DNA of 63,997 bases, filler included, from Octopus bimaculoides (lineage: Eukaryota), in the NCBI RefSeq assembly GCF_001194135.2. It is 4 parts of 4 records of this genome, joined end to end, with 100 filler letters (N's around TTAATTAATTAA, not from the genome) between each part and the next. Parts side by side here need not be neighbours in the genome. Positions count along the whole stretch, not along the records: positions 25,194 to 39,565 come from NC_068987.1; positions 39,666 to 60,762 come from NC_068989.1; 2 more parts are not named here. The stretch is one strand, 5' to 3'. Of the stretch, positions 37,250 to 50,300 are shown one piece after another (within the stretch, counting starts at the first letter, position 1; each line of letters begins with the position of its first letter). The position numbers and the translations under genes were made by a program. Under the pieces are notes generated by a model. That model was not told where the DNA came from. It made no database searches and was given only the letters and a program-made list of their open reading frames with translations.

Positions 37250-39246
37250 TAAATGATAAAAAGATGATAATGTCCATATTCGTAGATATGATAGTTTGAC
37301 AGATGATGTCCTTCTATGGAGTCATTGTTTATTTTCAAAACGTACCTAGATGCTGGTGTATCTTACGGTGCAATATACTTCACCATTTACTCAATATATA
37401 ACGCGCAAAACATGATATTCACTTAGACTTAAGTATGTATTTCAGATATTACACTCATTTCAATGCCCCTCCACAGTTATACATGCAAGAAATTTGTCCA
37501 TAATAATAATTTAAAACCAGGCAGAATATTTTCAAATAGTAATGATCTCATGCATTGCATGATGATTTCATTCTCATTATCCGTTATATAATACTGATTA
37601 ATTAGTCAAACTTCACGAATAAATATCACGCCAGTTTTCATGCGATTGTGCGAAGCATCTTATATTATGTTCTGGCAGGTGCCCTTTGAAAGTACGACTA
37701 GAAAAAACAGTATCCGTTAAATCCTTATCAAGCATATATTTTCTCAGTTAGTACAGATATAATATTAGTTTAATTTGTTTAATGTACCCTGGAATATGTA
37801 ACATGGCCTGTATTTGACAGACAGACTCAAGTTTGAAAATATTATTCAAATCTATTTTGTTTCCTTTCATTGCACCTGCTTTCATATTTTGCGAGTTCAA
37901 TGAAATTTTCTTGAAGATTAAAAAAAAATACACTTATTTGTTACAGTTATTATGAACATTTATACATGAATTATATATTTCCATATTGAAAGCAATTTTG
38001 TAAATCCGGTTTGTAAGACGATATCTTTCCAGTGCATAGTTTTCTATAGTGTTTAAGCTTGGAATTCATTCATCTGCCATGTGAAATATGTGGCTAGGCA
38101 ATCCCAATATATTATATCAAGAACTACATTTTACGCTTTGAAACTCGATGCTTTAATGCCATATTTGTTTGTTCTGAGACTATGCTGAAAATTACAACAC
38201 TCCACTAAATATCTATGACGACAAAATTTTAATTGTAATTCCGACATCGAGATTTTCCTCCTTGTTTGAAAAGCTTTCATATAAAGAAATATAATAGATT
38301 TTCACAGTCTGAAATCCATATCCTTATTTTAACATACGCGCAAAACAGACCAGGTCTGATTACTAACAACAGTTTTATCAACTATTATTGTGCGACTTAA
38401 TGTGGTATATTCCCAAAAATACGTATCCAATTATTTTGAAGATATTCAGTCTGTATGGAAAATATTCTTTCTCTATCACCGTCTTTCTCACTCTCTCTCC
38501 TCATATGTATGTATGCATATATATATATATATATATANNNNNNNNNNNNNNNNNNNNNNNNNNNNNNNNNNNNNNNNNNNNNNNTATATATATTCATATA
38601 TATATACACATACATATATACACATCCAACTTTTATTCATACGCACGTGGTTATAAACAGGCACACGTATATTCGCATATATTACATAGACGTTTATATC
38701 TTTTACGTTGGGCAACTGTAAGATATAAAAATATGGAAGTATATACAGAAATAAGAATACATATGTACATTTACACTAAAAAGCTCACTAAAAAGACTTT
38801 CGAGTCACAGCCAATGAAAAAAATAGTTGACTAGGTATATGAATGCAGTGTATTAGTGTTTCAGAGATCGAACTCGTTTAAAATGTTGAACTTGGGGAAC
38901 CACAATAAAATTGCAGGAACAGAGCACTCTGATGAGTAACACGAATAGCTAAAAAGCTACTCATTTTTACACCTCGCATTTAATTAGAAAAATACATTTC
39001 AATAATTTATTATACTTCTTCATTGCGCTTTTCCATGGTTTTCATTTCTTCTCCTTTTCAGCCGTCATCAAATATATATTTTTTTTGTATTTTCATCAAT
39101 AAAGATTCACTACATTATGTTTAATAATTATAGTAGTTTTCATATTAATCACTTGTTTATCACGTAATTAATTTTTTTTTCCATTCTATTATTTGTATTA
39201 CATCTCCATTCTTCTATATCAAGATTATTGTTGCTGTTGTGGTTGG

Positions 39247-39248
<2 letters not shown>

Positions 39249-39308
<60 letters not shown>
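39249..39308. repeat. (TAA)20 microsatellite
   Basis: Read directly from the sequence. Confidence 0.95.
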
Positions 39309-39312
<4 letters not shown>

Positions 39313-39565
39313 AGCCATAAACAAGGTGGCACCAATTATCATAAAATACATAGAGCACTCAATGAACAAATGGCAGACAGTGCTACAGCTCCAAACAAAA
39401 GAGGGACTTGTGAAAACGAAAGCCATCCCCATTAGAAGAGGAATATTCCAGGGAGACACGTTCTCTCCACTCCTGTTCTGCCTGGCACTCACACCTCTAA
39501 CAGAATTGCTACATAGAACTGGATGCGGTTACAAATGCTATGGAAAAACAGTCAGCCACCTTCTA
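39309..39565 (+). mobile_element. R4/Dong-clade RT fragment, 5'-truncated, stop-free up to the gap
   Basis: TLAINKVAPIIIKYIEHSMNKWQTVLQLQTKEGLVKTKAIPIRRGIFQGDTFSPLLFCLALTPLTELLHRTGCGYKCYGKTVSHLL (QGD motif; SHLL immediately precedes the YMDD position). Confidence 0.92.
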
Positions 39566-39665
39566 NNNNNNNNNNNNNNNNNNNNNNNNNNNNNNNNNNN
39601 NNNNNNNNNTTAATTAATTAANNNNNNNNNNNNNNNNNNNNNNNNNNNNNNNNNNNNNNNNNNNN
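39566..39665. other. Assembly spacer N44-TTAATTAATTAA-N44
   Basis: Same 100-nt architecture as 25094-25193. Confidence 0.95.
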
Positions 39666-39785
39666 CTTTGTAAGCCTAGTACTTATTCTATTGGTCTCTT
39701 TTTGCCAAACCGCTAAGTTACGGAGACGTAAACACACCAGCATCGGTTGTCAAGCGATGGTGGGGGGACAAACACAGACACACAA

Positions 39786-39816
<31 letters not shown>

Positions 39817-39988
39817 CACATATATACGACGGGCTTCTTTCAGTTTCCATCTACCAAATCCACTCACAAGGCTTTGGTCGGCCTGAGGCTATAGTAGAAG
39901 ACACTTGCCCAAAGTGCCATGCAGTGGGACTGAACCCGGAACCATGTGGTTGGTAAGCAAGCTATTTACCACACAGCCACTCCTGCGC
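39666..39988 (-). mobile_element. Octopus-type tRNA-derived SINE (family A), little diverged; 3' end lost in the gap
   Basis: Reverse complement GCGCAGGAGTGGCTGTGTGGTAAATAGCTTGCTTACCAACCACATGGTTCCGGGTTCAGTCCC (A-box and B-box-like motifs). Confidence 0.92.
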
Positions 39989-41225
39989 ATATATATATAT
40001 ATATGAATGTATGTATATATGTGTGCATATGTGTAACTATGTGAATATGTTAGTGTCTCCTTAAATAATTGCCACTATCATACAAGAAGCAGTATTGTTC
40101 ATTTGCAATCTGTCATGACAATGTGTTCAACCATTGTGCTGTTTGTGTTAGAAGGTCTGAGGAAACAATATCTTGCTTGGAAATAGGCAAGAGTTGATAA
40201 CAGGAAGAACGTCCAGCCATAGAATATCCAATTCAAAAAATTTCATCTGATCCATGCAAACATGAAAAGGTGGATGTTAAAACAACATTGATGATAATGA
40301 CAATGATGACAACACTGCTGCTGCCAATGATGATGATAAAGAGGAGGATATTAACCAATTTCGTAATGGGAGCCAAGTCATCTGCGTGTTTAAGATCCAG
40401 GGGGTACCCTTTCCTAAACTCAAAATCTATGAGCAATTGAAAGATGATTAGAATAGAACTCTAATGTTTATTATACTACAGAATATAGGATTATGTCAAA
40501 GGGTTTTTCTTGAATTTTAACAATAAGAAGTGCAGTTCTTAACTAAGAACATTTGTCAAACCAGAAGACTAACATCACTTTTTCTACATCCTGCTTTAAA
40601 TCCAAACTTATACAAGCTGATTCTGTCCAGTATTAGTTTAATGATTACTTTCAAAACATGGTCTATCAGTTTGAGATCTCTCCAAGATGATGTTTTACCA
40701 TCACTGAGAACAACATCTGCCTATGCTACCTGATTAACTAGGTGAGTAATTAGCATAGAACCTGTATGTTGTAATTCTTTCCATGCTTTCATCACCTTAA
40801 TTATCTTAATCAATCATAGTAAAACTAAACATGCTGTCTGTCATACCTATACTTCTCATTAATCAACATATAGAGTGGTATTTATATTCCATTCTATTTG
40901 TTGATTAATGAGAAGAATATTTATATGTCTTCTTATCTTTATTGAACTGAAGGAAAAGGCACAGTGATGTTTCAGATAGATTTCTCTCTGATAGTGCAAC
41001 AAATAGTGCTGCTTTCAAAATTGACCTATGTTGATAAAAGAAATAGTGGGAGCAAACAAAGAGTTTGGCCTGTCATAGGAAATAAATTTTTTATTAACCA
41101 AATAAAAGAAGAAATATTTGAAATTTTCAAAATATTAACTGCATCTATGAATTTTACTTCCTTTATTAGCTATACTTGATTTTGGTAAGGAAAGAACTAA
41201 TCTTTTATTCAACCATTATTTATAG

Positions 41226-41331
41226 ATTAATTCCTGTGATCAGAATGTGATGCGTTGTTGTGATATCCTTGAGTTAAATGCCCTCATTCAACAGGAACTT
41301 TTCAAGTTGCTGAATCAATCTGCTGCTGAAG
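41226..41331 (+). CDS. SPATA18: MIEAP/SPATA18-like protein, first identified coding exon (106 nt, phase 0 to 1)
   Basis: tatag|ATTAAT...GCTGAAG|gtaagc. Encodes INSCDQNVMRCCDILELNALIQQELFKLLNQSAAE(G), matching the recalled MIEAP N-terminal motif [35 protein letters not shown]. Confidence 0.9.
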
Positions 41332-42295
41332 GTAAGCTGTTTGATTTTGATCCTGATTAGAAATGGATATTAAACTAAGTTAACTTTTGCAAGTGCAGGA
41401 AATTTGAAATAGTAAATATTCTTTAGTTTTGTGAATTAGTTTTAAATGAGATTAGTGTATTTTGTCTTAAGAGGAAAATTTCTAGGTTATTATGATATAA
41501 AAAATCCCATTTAATTTCTTGGATACATTTTATGTGACAAGTACTAAGATAAAAGTCTGTGCTTCAGCTTTTAGAACCATTCTGCACTTTCTCTCTGGTA
41601 CAAAAGTATAATTAATTTATTGTCTGCCAAATCATCGTCCATCCAGTTTTCTATTAAATCAGCCTTATTTGTTTGAAGATTTATCTGAAATTTGAACTGA
41701 ATGGAGCAAAGTGGAATTAATGCAGCAGACTTGATTATCTTGAATTTATCATTATTATTATTGCTCTAAGCTGCTTGCTACCATTGTTGTTTCAATTCAG
41801 TATTTGTATAATTTAAACAGGTTTAAGCTGTGTTCATTTGTCTTAAGCCTGTGTTATTTTATTGGTGTGGCCTAGATTCTCTGATTGGTGGAAATCCTAC
41901 CCTTAGGATTGGTGGAAAATTAATGTATTATATTAGCCACTTTTTAACAAGCATTCATTGATAAATATTTGCCTGACAGTCCCTGATTGGACATAAATAG
42001 TTTCAAAGCTTAACATTGTATAGGATACCAAACATTTAAGCAATAGTGGAGTGTTGTTCATTACACATACAATTCAGATAATTTGTTGACCTTTTACTTC
42101 CATTTGCCCTCACTTTATTCTTTTCTTCTTAATTTGTCTTCTACATTTTCCTTTTTTTTTTCTATTCCATTTTTCTTCTCACTCCCCAAAATGGGCTCTG
42201 CTTAAAATGTCAGAATCTTTTTCTAACAACACACTATTTAACTTTTTATTTAGTGTAGTGTATTACACAAATTGGTTATTGGCCAGAAGTAATTT

Positions 42296-42416
42296 TTTCA
42301 GGCATGGCAGTTTGGTAAGAAGGTTGTATCCCAGCCACATAGTTTTAGGTTCAGCCCCATTGCATGGCACCTTGTGAGTGAATTTGGTAGATGGAAACTG
42401 AAAGAAGTCCATCATA
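42296..42416 (+). mobile_element. Family-A SINE, internally deleted 5' part
   Basis: TGGTAAGAAG..CCACAT..GGTTCAG.CCCA.TGC.TGGCACCTTG jumps straight to TGAGTGAATTTGGTAGATGGAAACTGAAAGAAG. Confidence 0.8.
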
Positions 42417-42447
<31 letters not shown>

Positions 42448-42782
42448 CATCATCATCATCATCATCGTTTAACGTCCGCTTTCCATGCTAGCATGGGTTG
42501 GACGACTTGACTGAGGACTGGTGAAACTGGATGGCAACACCAGGCTCCAATCTAAATTTGGCAGAGTTTCTACAGCTGGATGCCCTTCCTAACGCCAACC
42601 ACTCAGAGAGTGTAGTAGGTGCTTTTACGTGTCACCTGCACGAAGGCCAGTCAGGCGATACTGGCAACGGCCACGCTCGAAATGGTGTCTTTTATGTGCC
42701 ACCCGCACAAGCCAGTCCAGGGGCACTGGCAACGATCTCGCTCGAAAATCCTACGGAGGCCAGTCAGGTGGTACTGGCAACG
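42448..42782 (-). mobile_element. RTE-related 3'-end element (SINE or short LINE tail) with (CAT)n tail and internal tandem units; CpG-rich
   Basis: (CAT)n-CGTTTAACGTCCGCTTTCCATGCTAGCATGGGTTGGACG..CAGCTGGATGCCCTTCCTAACGCCAACCAC resembles the RTE 3' ends at 45700-45865 and 47351-47530; motif (C)ACTGGCAACG occurs three times. Confidence 0.8.
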
Positions 42783-43004
42783 AGGGAGAATTCACAAAAA
42801 AACAAAAGACAAAGACAGGTGGTGTAGAAAACAAACAGATGTATTAGTATAACCCTCAGGAATTGAAAAAGTCTTTAATGTTTCGAGCCTATGCTCTTCC
42901 ACAGAAAGGAACACAGAAAGAAACAAGGAGAGAAAAAAAAATGTGTGTAGTGGTTAGCGATCTATCATGGCGAATGCTGGACAGAAGGGTCACATATATA
43001 TATA

Positions 43005-43843
43005 TAGTCTAAATTACGCAAAAATGAAAATAACACTGACATCTCATTTTAACAGATATATTTACCAAAATTACATAAAATATCTTGGAATACTAAAGAG
43101 TAAATTCATTCAATAAAATTGCCATTGGCTTCAAGATGACTTTGGAATCTCCTGCAACTCTTCTAGAGTTTAAGTTGGTGAATGCTGCCATAATCCTTAT
43201 CTTCAGTTCATCTTTCGTGTTACAAGGGGTTCTATTGGTCTCTCGCTCAACTGCACCCCACGCATAATAATCAAGGAGGTTGCAGTGTGGGGAGTTAGGT
43301 GGCCAGTTGTTAGGGGTGATGTGGTTGCAGAAATTGTCTGACAGCCATGACTGGATTCTCCTGCTTGTGTGGCATGGTGCAGAGTCTTGTTGTTAGAGAT
43401 AGGGTTTTCCAGCAGCCACCCTCTTGACCCAGGACAGCACTACCTCCTACAGGCACTTGATGTAGGCCTCTGTGTCAAGTTCTGAGGCCATGTGAGATGA
43501 ATGGAGGTATAATGTCTCCATCACTAGTGATCACTCCAAACACCATGATGTTGACTGGATGTTTGATTTTTATCACTCTCGGCACATGTGCTCAGATTAC
43601 ACTGTCCAAGATTGACACCCAAACACTCTAAAATGTTTGTATTGGAACTTCTGGCATGAATGCCAAGCAGTACAGCATGTCACTACCAAATTTTTGGCTG
43701 AGTGAATTGCATCATGATGCCATTTTTCTCACAGATGGTGCCTAACTAACCCTACTACACTGTGTAGTCAACGAAATCGAAAACAAACAATGCGCATGCA
43801 CAAAATTAAAAAGATAAAATGGTGACAATTTCCTCATCACACC

Positions 43844-43846
<3 letters not shown>
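43005..43846 (-). mobile_element. maT-family (DD37D) Tc1/mariner transposon, internally deleted, with stops
   Basis: TA|CAGGGTG 5' end; KHPVNIMVFGVITSDG; QQDSAPCHTSRRIQSWLSDNFCNHITPNNWPPNSPHCNLLDYYAWG has 37 residues between the second and third catalytic Asp. Confidence 0.88.
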
Positions 43847-43888
<42 letters not shown>

Positions 43889-43914
43889 CATACATACATA
43901 CATACATACATACA

Positions 43915-43946
<32 letters not shown>

Positions 43947-43970
43947 CATACATACATATATATATATATT
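43847..43970. repeat. (TA)n-(TACA)n-(TA)n compound microsatellite
   Basis: Read directly from the sequence; starts at the TA target site of the maT element. Confidence 0.95.
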
Positions 43971-45865
43971 CCTGTAGTCAAGAATAATTACAGAGGCATC
44001 AAATTGCTGGACCAGGTGATGAAAGTCACAGAAATGGTCATAGCTCAATTAATTAGGAAGAGCTAGTGTAAATGAGATGCAATTCGGATTTGTGTCAGAA
44101 GGAGCACAACTGATGCTATATTCCTGGTTAGACAACTGCAGGAGAAATATCTAGCCAAAACTAAACCCCCGTATCTGGTTTTTGTCAACATGGAGAAAGC
44201 CTTTGACAGAAGGCCCCACTCTCTTATCTGGTGGTCAATGCAGAAGCTAGGGATAGATGAGTGGTTGGTGAGAGTTGTACAAGCCATGTGCAGGGATGCT
44301 GTCAGTAAGGTGAAGGTTAGCAACGAGTATGGTAATGAGTTCAGGGAATAAATAGGAGTTCACCAAGGATCAGTCCTCAGCTCTTTATCATAGTCCTCCA
44401 GGCAATAACAGAGGAATTGCTTCTGGGAGCTCCTTTAATTGATGACCTCGTTCTTATAACCAAATCACTACCAGAACTAGATAAGAAATTTTAGGCATGG
44501 AAACAAGGTCTAGAATCAAAGGGACTTAGAATTAAACTAGCAAAAACCAAAGTCTTAGTAGGAGAGCAGACAAATCACAAATCCCTTCAGGTAGATGGTC
44601 CTGTTTGATCTGTAGAAAAGGCATAGGTAGAAGCTCCATAAGATGTACCTGGTATAAGCTATAGACACATAAAAGGTGCACCAATATCAGAGGAAGATTA
44701 ACATGGAAAATAGATTCTGTATGTGGAAGGTGCACAGGTACAATTAACACTAAAAATGTACAGAAAATAGACTCCATCAAATGCCAAGGGAGAAAACCAG
44801 AAGTAGTTGATAGCTTCTGTCACCTAGGTGACCAAGTCAACAGCAGAAGTGGATGCTCCGAGAGTGTAACTGCTAGAATAAGAATAGGCTGGGCAAATTT
44901 CAGAGAGCTCCTACTTCTGTTGGTAAAAAATGGCCTCTCTCTCAGAGTGAAAGGCAGATTATATGATGCTACATGGTAGTGAAACATGGGTTGACTACCA
45001 AGGACATGCAAAGGCTTGAAAGAAATGAAGCTTATATGCTTTGCTGGGTATGCAATGTCAGTGTGCATGCACAACAGAGCGTAAGCATCTTGAGAGAAAA
45101 GTTGGGGATAAAAACATCAGATGTGGTGTGCAAGAGAGACAGCTGTGCTGGTATGGTCATGTGATGCATATGGATGAGGACAGTTGTGTGAAGAAGCACT
45201 AATTGCTAACTATGGAGGGAACTTTTGAAAGAGGTAGACCCAGGAAGTCATGGGACAAGGTGGTGAAACATGATCTTCAAATGTTGGGCCTCATGGAGGC
45301 AATGACAAGTGACCAAAACCTTTGGCAATATGCCATGCTTGAGAAATTCATCAAGTCAAGTGAAATCATACTCATAGCCAATGCCATTGTTGCATAACTG
45401 GCACCCATGCTGGTGGCATGTAAAAAGCACCCTTCGAACATTGGGCAATATACTGTGCTTGTGAAGACCCATCAAGCCAAGTGAAATCATAGTTGTGGCT
45501 GATGCCAGTGTCACATAACTGACACTCACAATGGTATGTAGAAAGCACCCTTCAAATGTTGGGCCTCATGTAGGCAGTGACAAGTGACCAAGACCTTTGG
45601 CAATATACCATGCTTGAGAAGACCTGTCAAGCCAAGTGAGATCATAGTCATGGTTGATGCTGGTGTTATGTAATTGGCACCTGTGCTGGTGGCACATAAA
45701 AAACGCCCACTACAGTCTTGGTGTTAGGAAAAGCATTCAGCCATACAAACCATGCCAAATCAGATTGGAACTTGGTGCAGCTCTCCAGCTTACCAATTTT
45801 CAGTCAAACCATCCAACCCATGTCAGCATGGAAAACAGACATTAAATGATGATGATGATGATGAT
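43971..45865 (+). mobile_element. RTE-clade LINE, 5'-truncated at the RT start, degraded, (GAT)n tail
   Basis: [14 protein letters not shown]; MQFGF..STTDAIFLVRQLQEKY; FVNMEKAFDR; GVHQGSVLS; DDLVLI; FCHLGDQV; MQRLERNE; RGRPRKSWDKVVKHDL; tail TTAAATGATGATGAT. Confidence 0.92.
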
Positions 45866-46974
45866 ATATATATAGTATGAATGGATAGGAATATGAAATT
45901 CAGGCAGGTACCTTACAAGCTCTCTAATATAATCCAGGTTCTGGCTAACCACATAGAATGATATGGAACAACAGGAAATTGTTTAAGGTAAACAGCCACA
46001 CAATATTTCACCTGATGGATAAATCCTGAGTTTGCTTCTTTGGATTTTATATAGTATACAGAGTGTATATTTAAGACATTAAAATATGGATGGAGAATTG
46101 TGCATCCAAAAAGCATGTTTATTACAGTTATATTTGTAATATATCCTCTTTAAAACTGTTCGTGTTTCGACTGTGTAGATATCCTAGGATGTGGTATCCA
46201 GTAGCATCTTATTGGTTCATTTGCATTATGATTTCATCCAAAGTAAATGTATCCATGTATTATTCAAGGGGTTATGATTATGAGTCTTTGAAACAAACTG
46301 TGCTTGGAAACTGAATTTCTTAACCACATAGCTATGTCTGTGCCTGTGGAAAGTTCAGTCAAAAAGTTACTCAATTTTTTTTTCTGTATTAATCATCAAA
46401 CAATGAATAATATACTTAAGAGGTGAATTGAAGAAGGGCATGGCTGAGTATTGAAGAGATCTGGAAGGGTTGCAGAAGGGTTCAAAGAAGGCAAAGAAAG
46501 GAGTTAAGGGAGAAGTTATTAAACATTGACTTGTAACTGTTTGAGAGGTTGCATATTTTATGGATATGTTGTTATATTGCATTAGAACAGTATTGACATT
46601 CCTTGCTTATAAATGAAGAGTTGCTAGAAAGAAGCTAATGATTTTAAAAACAAATAAGATCAAAAGGTTCGAGTGGGCTAAGGAGTTCTGCAACAAGAAA
46701 GACAAATTATGGCTGTGAATCTTATGGTATGATGAAAACAAATTCTGCCAATTTTCCAGTTTAAAAGAAGTATGTGTAATACAACAAAACTGAAACATGG
46801 GAGCTGGATTGTTTGCAAAGAACAGCTAAGCACGAAAAGTTTGAGCTACTGTATAGGATTGGGAGGGGATAGGGGCTGTTTAGGTAATACATTTAAAAAA
46901 AAGCAATATACTGCCAAATACTGAAAAATTACCTATTACCCATCTACTTCAATGTTGGCATTGATAAGAAGGCT

Positions 46975-47151
46975 ACTCTTTTCCAAGAAGATGACCCCCA
47001 TGCCATACAAGCAAGGTATCACAAGTTTGGAAATAAAAAGCTCTGAACTTAATCCAATACAACACATAGGAACATCTTGATGGTAAGTTCCAAGCAAGAT
47101 TATCAAAAACTACATCACTTCTGTAAGTGATGTAGCTGAAAGAAGTATTGA
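46975..47151 (+). mobile_element. Tc1-like transposase 3' fragment
   Basis: Frameshifted FQ.DD.PCHTSKVSQVW and ELNPI motifs; direct repeat of 52011-52170. Confidence 0.6.
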
Positions 47152-47350
47152 ATGAAGAGTAGATAAACAGAGATCAGACTGTCATTGACTAATTGATGAA
47201 CTCAATGGCTAGTTGGGTGAAAGCCATGATGTTAGCTTAATAAGGGTCTACAAAATGTTGAGGGAAAATTTCAGTTTTGGCAATACAAACAGAAAAAATA
47301 GAACTCAAAACATGAGTGTATGTATATATATATTTTATTAATATTTCATT

Positions 47351-50300
47351 CATCATCATCATTATTATCATTTAGCGTTTATCGTCCATGCTGGTATGGG
47401 TTGGATGGTTTGACTAAAGCTGGCAAGCTAGGGAGCTGCAAAAGACTCCAGTATGCTTCGGCATAGTTTCTATAGCTGGATGCCCATCCTAATGCCAACC
47501 ACTTTACAAAGTGCACTGGGTGCTTCTATGTGGCACTACATGAGTGCTTTACAGCACCAGAGAGACCAGTCTTAACACTTCTGCTGTGAAGTATGGATCT
47601 TCTTGAGTACAACAAGGTATTAGGCATCTCAGTCCTTTGTCATCTCACCTGAAAGGTTCAGCGTCCCGAGGTTGTTCTTCAGTACTTGTCTTCCTGGGTC
47701 TCCCACTTCCACGTATTCCATCCACTTTACGGAGATGTTGGCATCCCTCCGCATCACATGACCAAACCAGTGCAATCTTCTCTCTTGCACACAACAACTA
47801 ATTCCCCTTATGCCTAACTTCTCTCTCAGAACACTAGCACTCTGTCAAACATGTACACTTACATTACACATTCAGTGGAGCGTACTAGCCTCATTCCTTT
47901 CTAACCTTTGCATGTCCTCTGCATTCAGGGCCCATGTCTCACTATCATGTAGAATTGCTGTCTGCATACATGCATCATACAATTTTTCTTTTACTCAGAG
48001 AGAGAAACCATTAGTAGCCAACAGAGGTAATGTCTCTCTGAATTTCTTCCACCCTATTCTCATTCTAGCTATCATACACTCTGTGCATCCTCCTGCACTA
48101 CTAATATGGTCCCCTACGTAGTAGAAGTTATCTACTATCTCTAATGATCCACCAGAGCATTTGAGAGAATCAATTTATCAAATCTCTAAAGTTTTTATCT
48201 TGTGCATCTTTCACATAGGAAAACTATCTTCTCTGATAACCTTCCTATTAATCCACTGCAGCTCTTGTGTGTCCATAGCTTACACTGGGTACACCATATG
48301 GAGTTCCTACCTGAGGTGGGTAGGGTCCTGTCAGTTTTCTTGCTTACTAGGACCTTAGTCTTTGCTAAGTTAACCTTAAGGCTCTAAGATTCCAGGTTTT
48401 ATTTTCACACCTGGAATTTCTTGTCTATCTCTGATATAGGATCTGCTATGAGGGCAAGATCATCAACATATAGTAGTTCCCAGGGACTGCCAGTCTTGAA
48501 TTTATCTGTTATGGTCTGGAGGACAATGATGAAAAGGAGGGGACTAAGGACTGAGTCTTGATGAACACCTACCTTATATCAAATTCTTTGCTGTAATCGT
48601 GGTTAACTTTCACCTTACTGACAGCATCTACATATATGGTCTGTACAGCTTTCACCAGCTACTCATCTATCCCTAGCCTCCTCAGAGCCCAGCATATCAC
48701 ACAGTGGGGCACTCTATCAAAGGTTTTCTCAAGATCAACGAATGCTAAGTATAATTGTTAATTCTTAGCTAAGTACTTGTCTTGCAGTTGCCTGACTATG
48801 CAAATAGCATGAGTAGTGCTTCTTCCCCAGACAAAGCTGAACTGTGTTTTGCTTAGCCTAATTCTGCTCCTAATTAATTGGGCTATAACTCTCTACATAA
48901 TTTTCATCACCTGATCCAGGAGTTTGATGCCTCTATAATTGCTTCTATCTAAAGCATCACTCTTATCCTTGTAGCAGCTACGCCAATCACTGGAAATTGC
49001 ACCTTCCTGAATGATCTGATTAACTAGGCAGGAGACTAGCCTGTATCCTATATTAGCAGATATTTTGAGCATCACGGCTATGATTCCAGATGGACCAGGA
49101 GCATTCCTAGTTTTCGTGTTTTTAATTGCCTTATCTGCCATACTGCTGTCCACTAGGATAGCTAGTCCCTCTGTTGGGCTCACATGAGGGAGACACCCTT
49201 TGTCACATTCATTCTCTACATTTAGCAGTCTCTCATAGTAACTTTTCCATGCCTTATTCTCATCCACATCACTAAGTGCAAGCATACCATTATCCATCTG
49301 CACACACTTCTCTCCTCCTACTTCTCAATTCTCATTGACACACTGTCTAGTAATCCAGAGCACTTCAAATCTCTGAACATCACACTATAGGACACTGGCA
49401 AACCTCTTCTTTTCTGCTTCTACTCTAGCTAGATAGACCTGACATCTAGCATCCCTTTCAGCCTTCTGATATAATTCTTTGCTACTACCCACTCTATTCT
49501 ACTCTTTCTAGACCTATCTCTTCTCTTTTATGGTTCTGTCAATGTCACTGTTCCACTACCACATCACCCTTGGTTTGGCAGAGGCTTTGCTCCAACCACA
49601 AATTTGGTCTGTAGTCTTTAGTAGATTGTGCTGTAGGAACTGCCAGTTGTCCTCTATGTCACATGTCTAACTCTCCCCCCTTTCTCATCATTGGCCTCAT
49701 TGAGGACATCTCTAACTCTCTGCCCGTTTGAAGGATCCTTGAGCTTCTACAGCCTGTTTTTCCATATTGGCTTGCATCTCTAGATCTTTTGCCCTTTAGT
49801 CTGAAGTCATTAACTACTAGCTTATGTTGAGTTGTACATCCTTCCTCCGAGAAAGATTTTACATTTATGAGCACATACCTATCCCTGTGCCTCATGAGGA
49901 TGTAGTCAATCTGGCCGGTGTGTCCCCCAGATTGATAAGTGATCAGATGGTGGTGTTTTGAAGTTGGTGTTGTAGACCAGTAAGCTATGAGCATTGCAAA
50001 ACTCCAGTAAACTTGTCCCTTCCTCATTTCTGGAGCCAAAGCTGTAGCCACCATGCACACATTGAAGCCCATCAGAGTGTTTTTCAACATGTCCATCAAA
50101 TCCCCCTACCATGATGAGGATGTCATCATCTTTCATCGTTGAGGTAGTACTGAGAAGAGGTTTGTAGAAATGGTCCTTCTGAGTATCTGGAACATATGTA
50201 GATATAATTGACACAGTTACATCAAGCAAGGCTATTCTTAGTTTAATAATCCTATCACATACCCCAACTACCTCAATCACTTTATCCACCCACTTCTCTG

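Noticed and set aside
40660-40746. Donor-like AG|gtgagt at 40741 as the missing first MIEAP coding exon
   Set aside because: The phase-0 frame ends in TAG and no frame resembles the MIEAP N-terminus; at most an untranslated exon.
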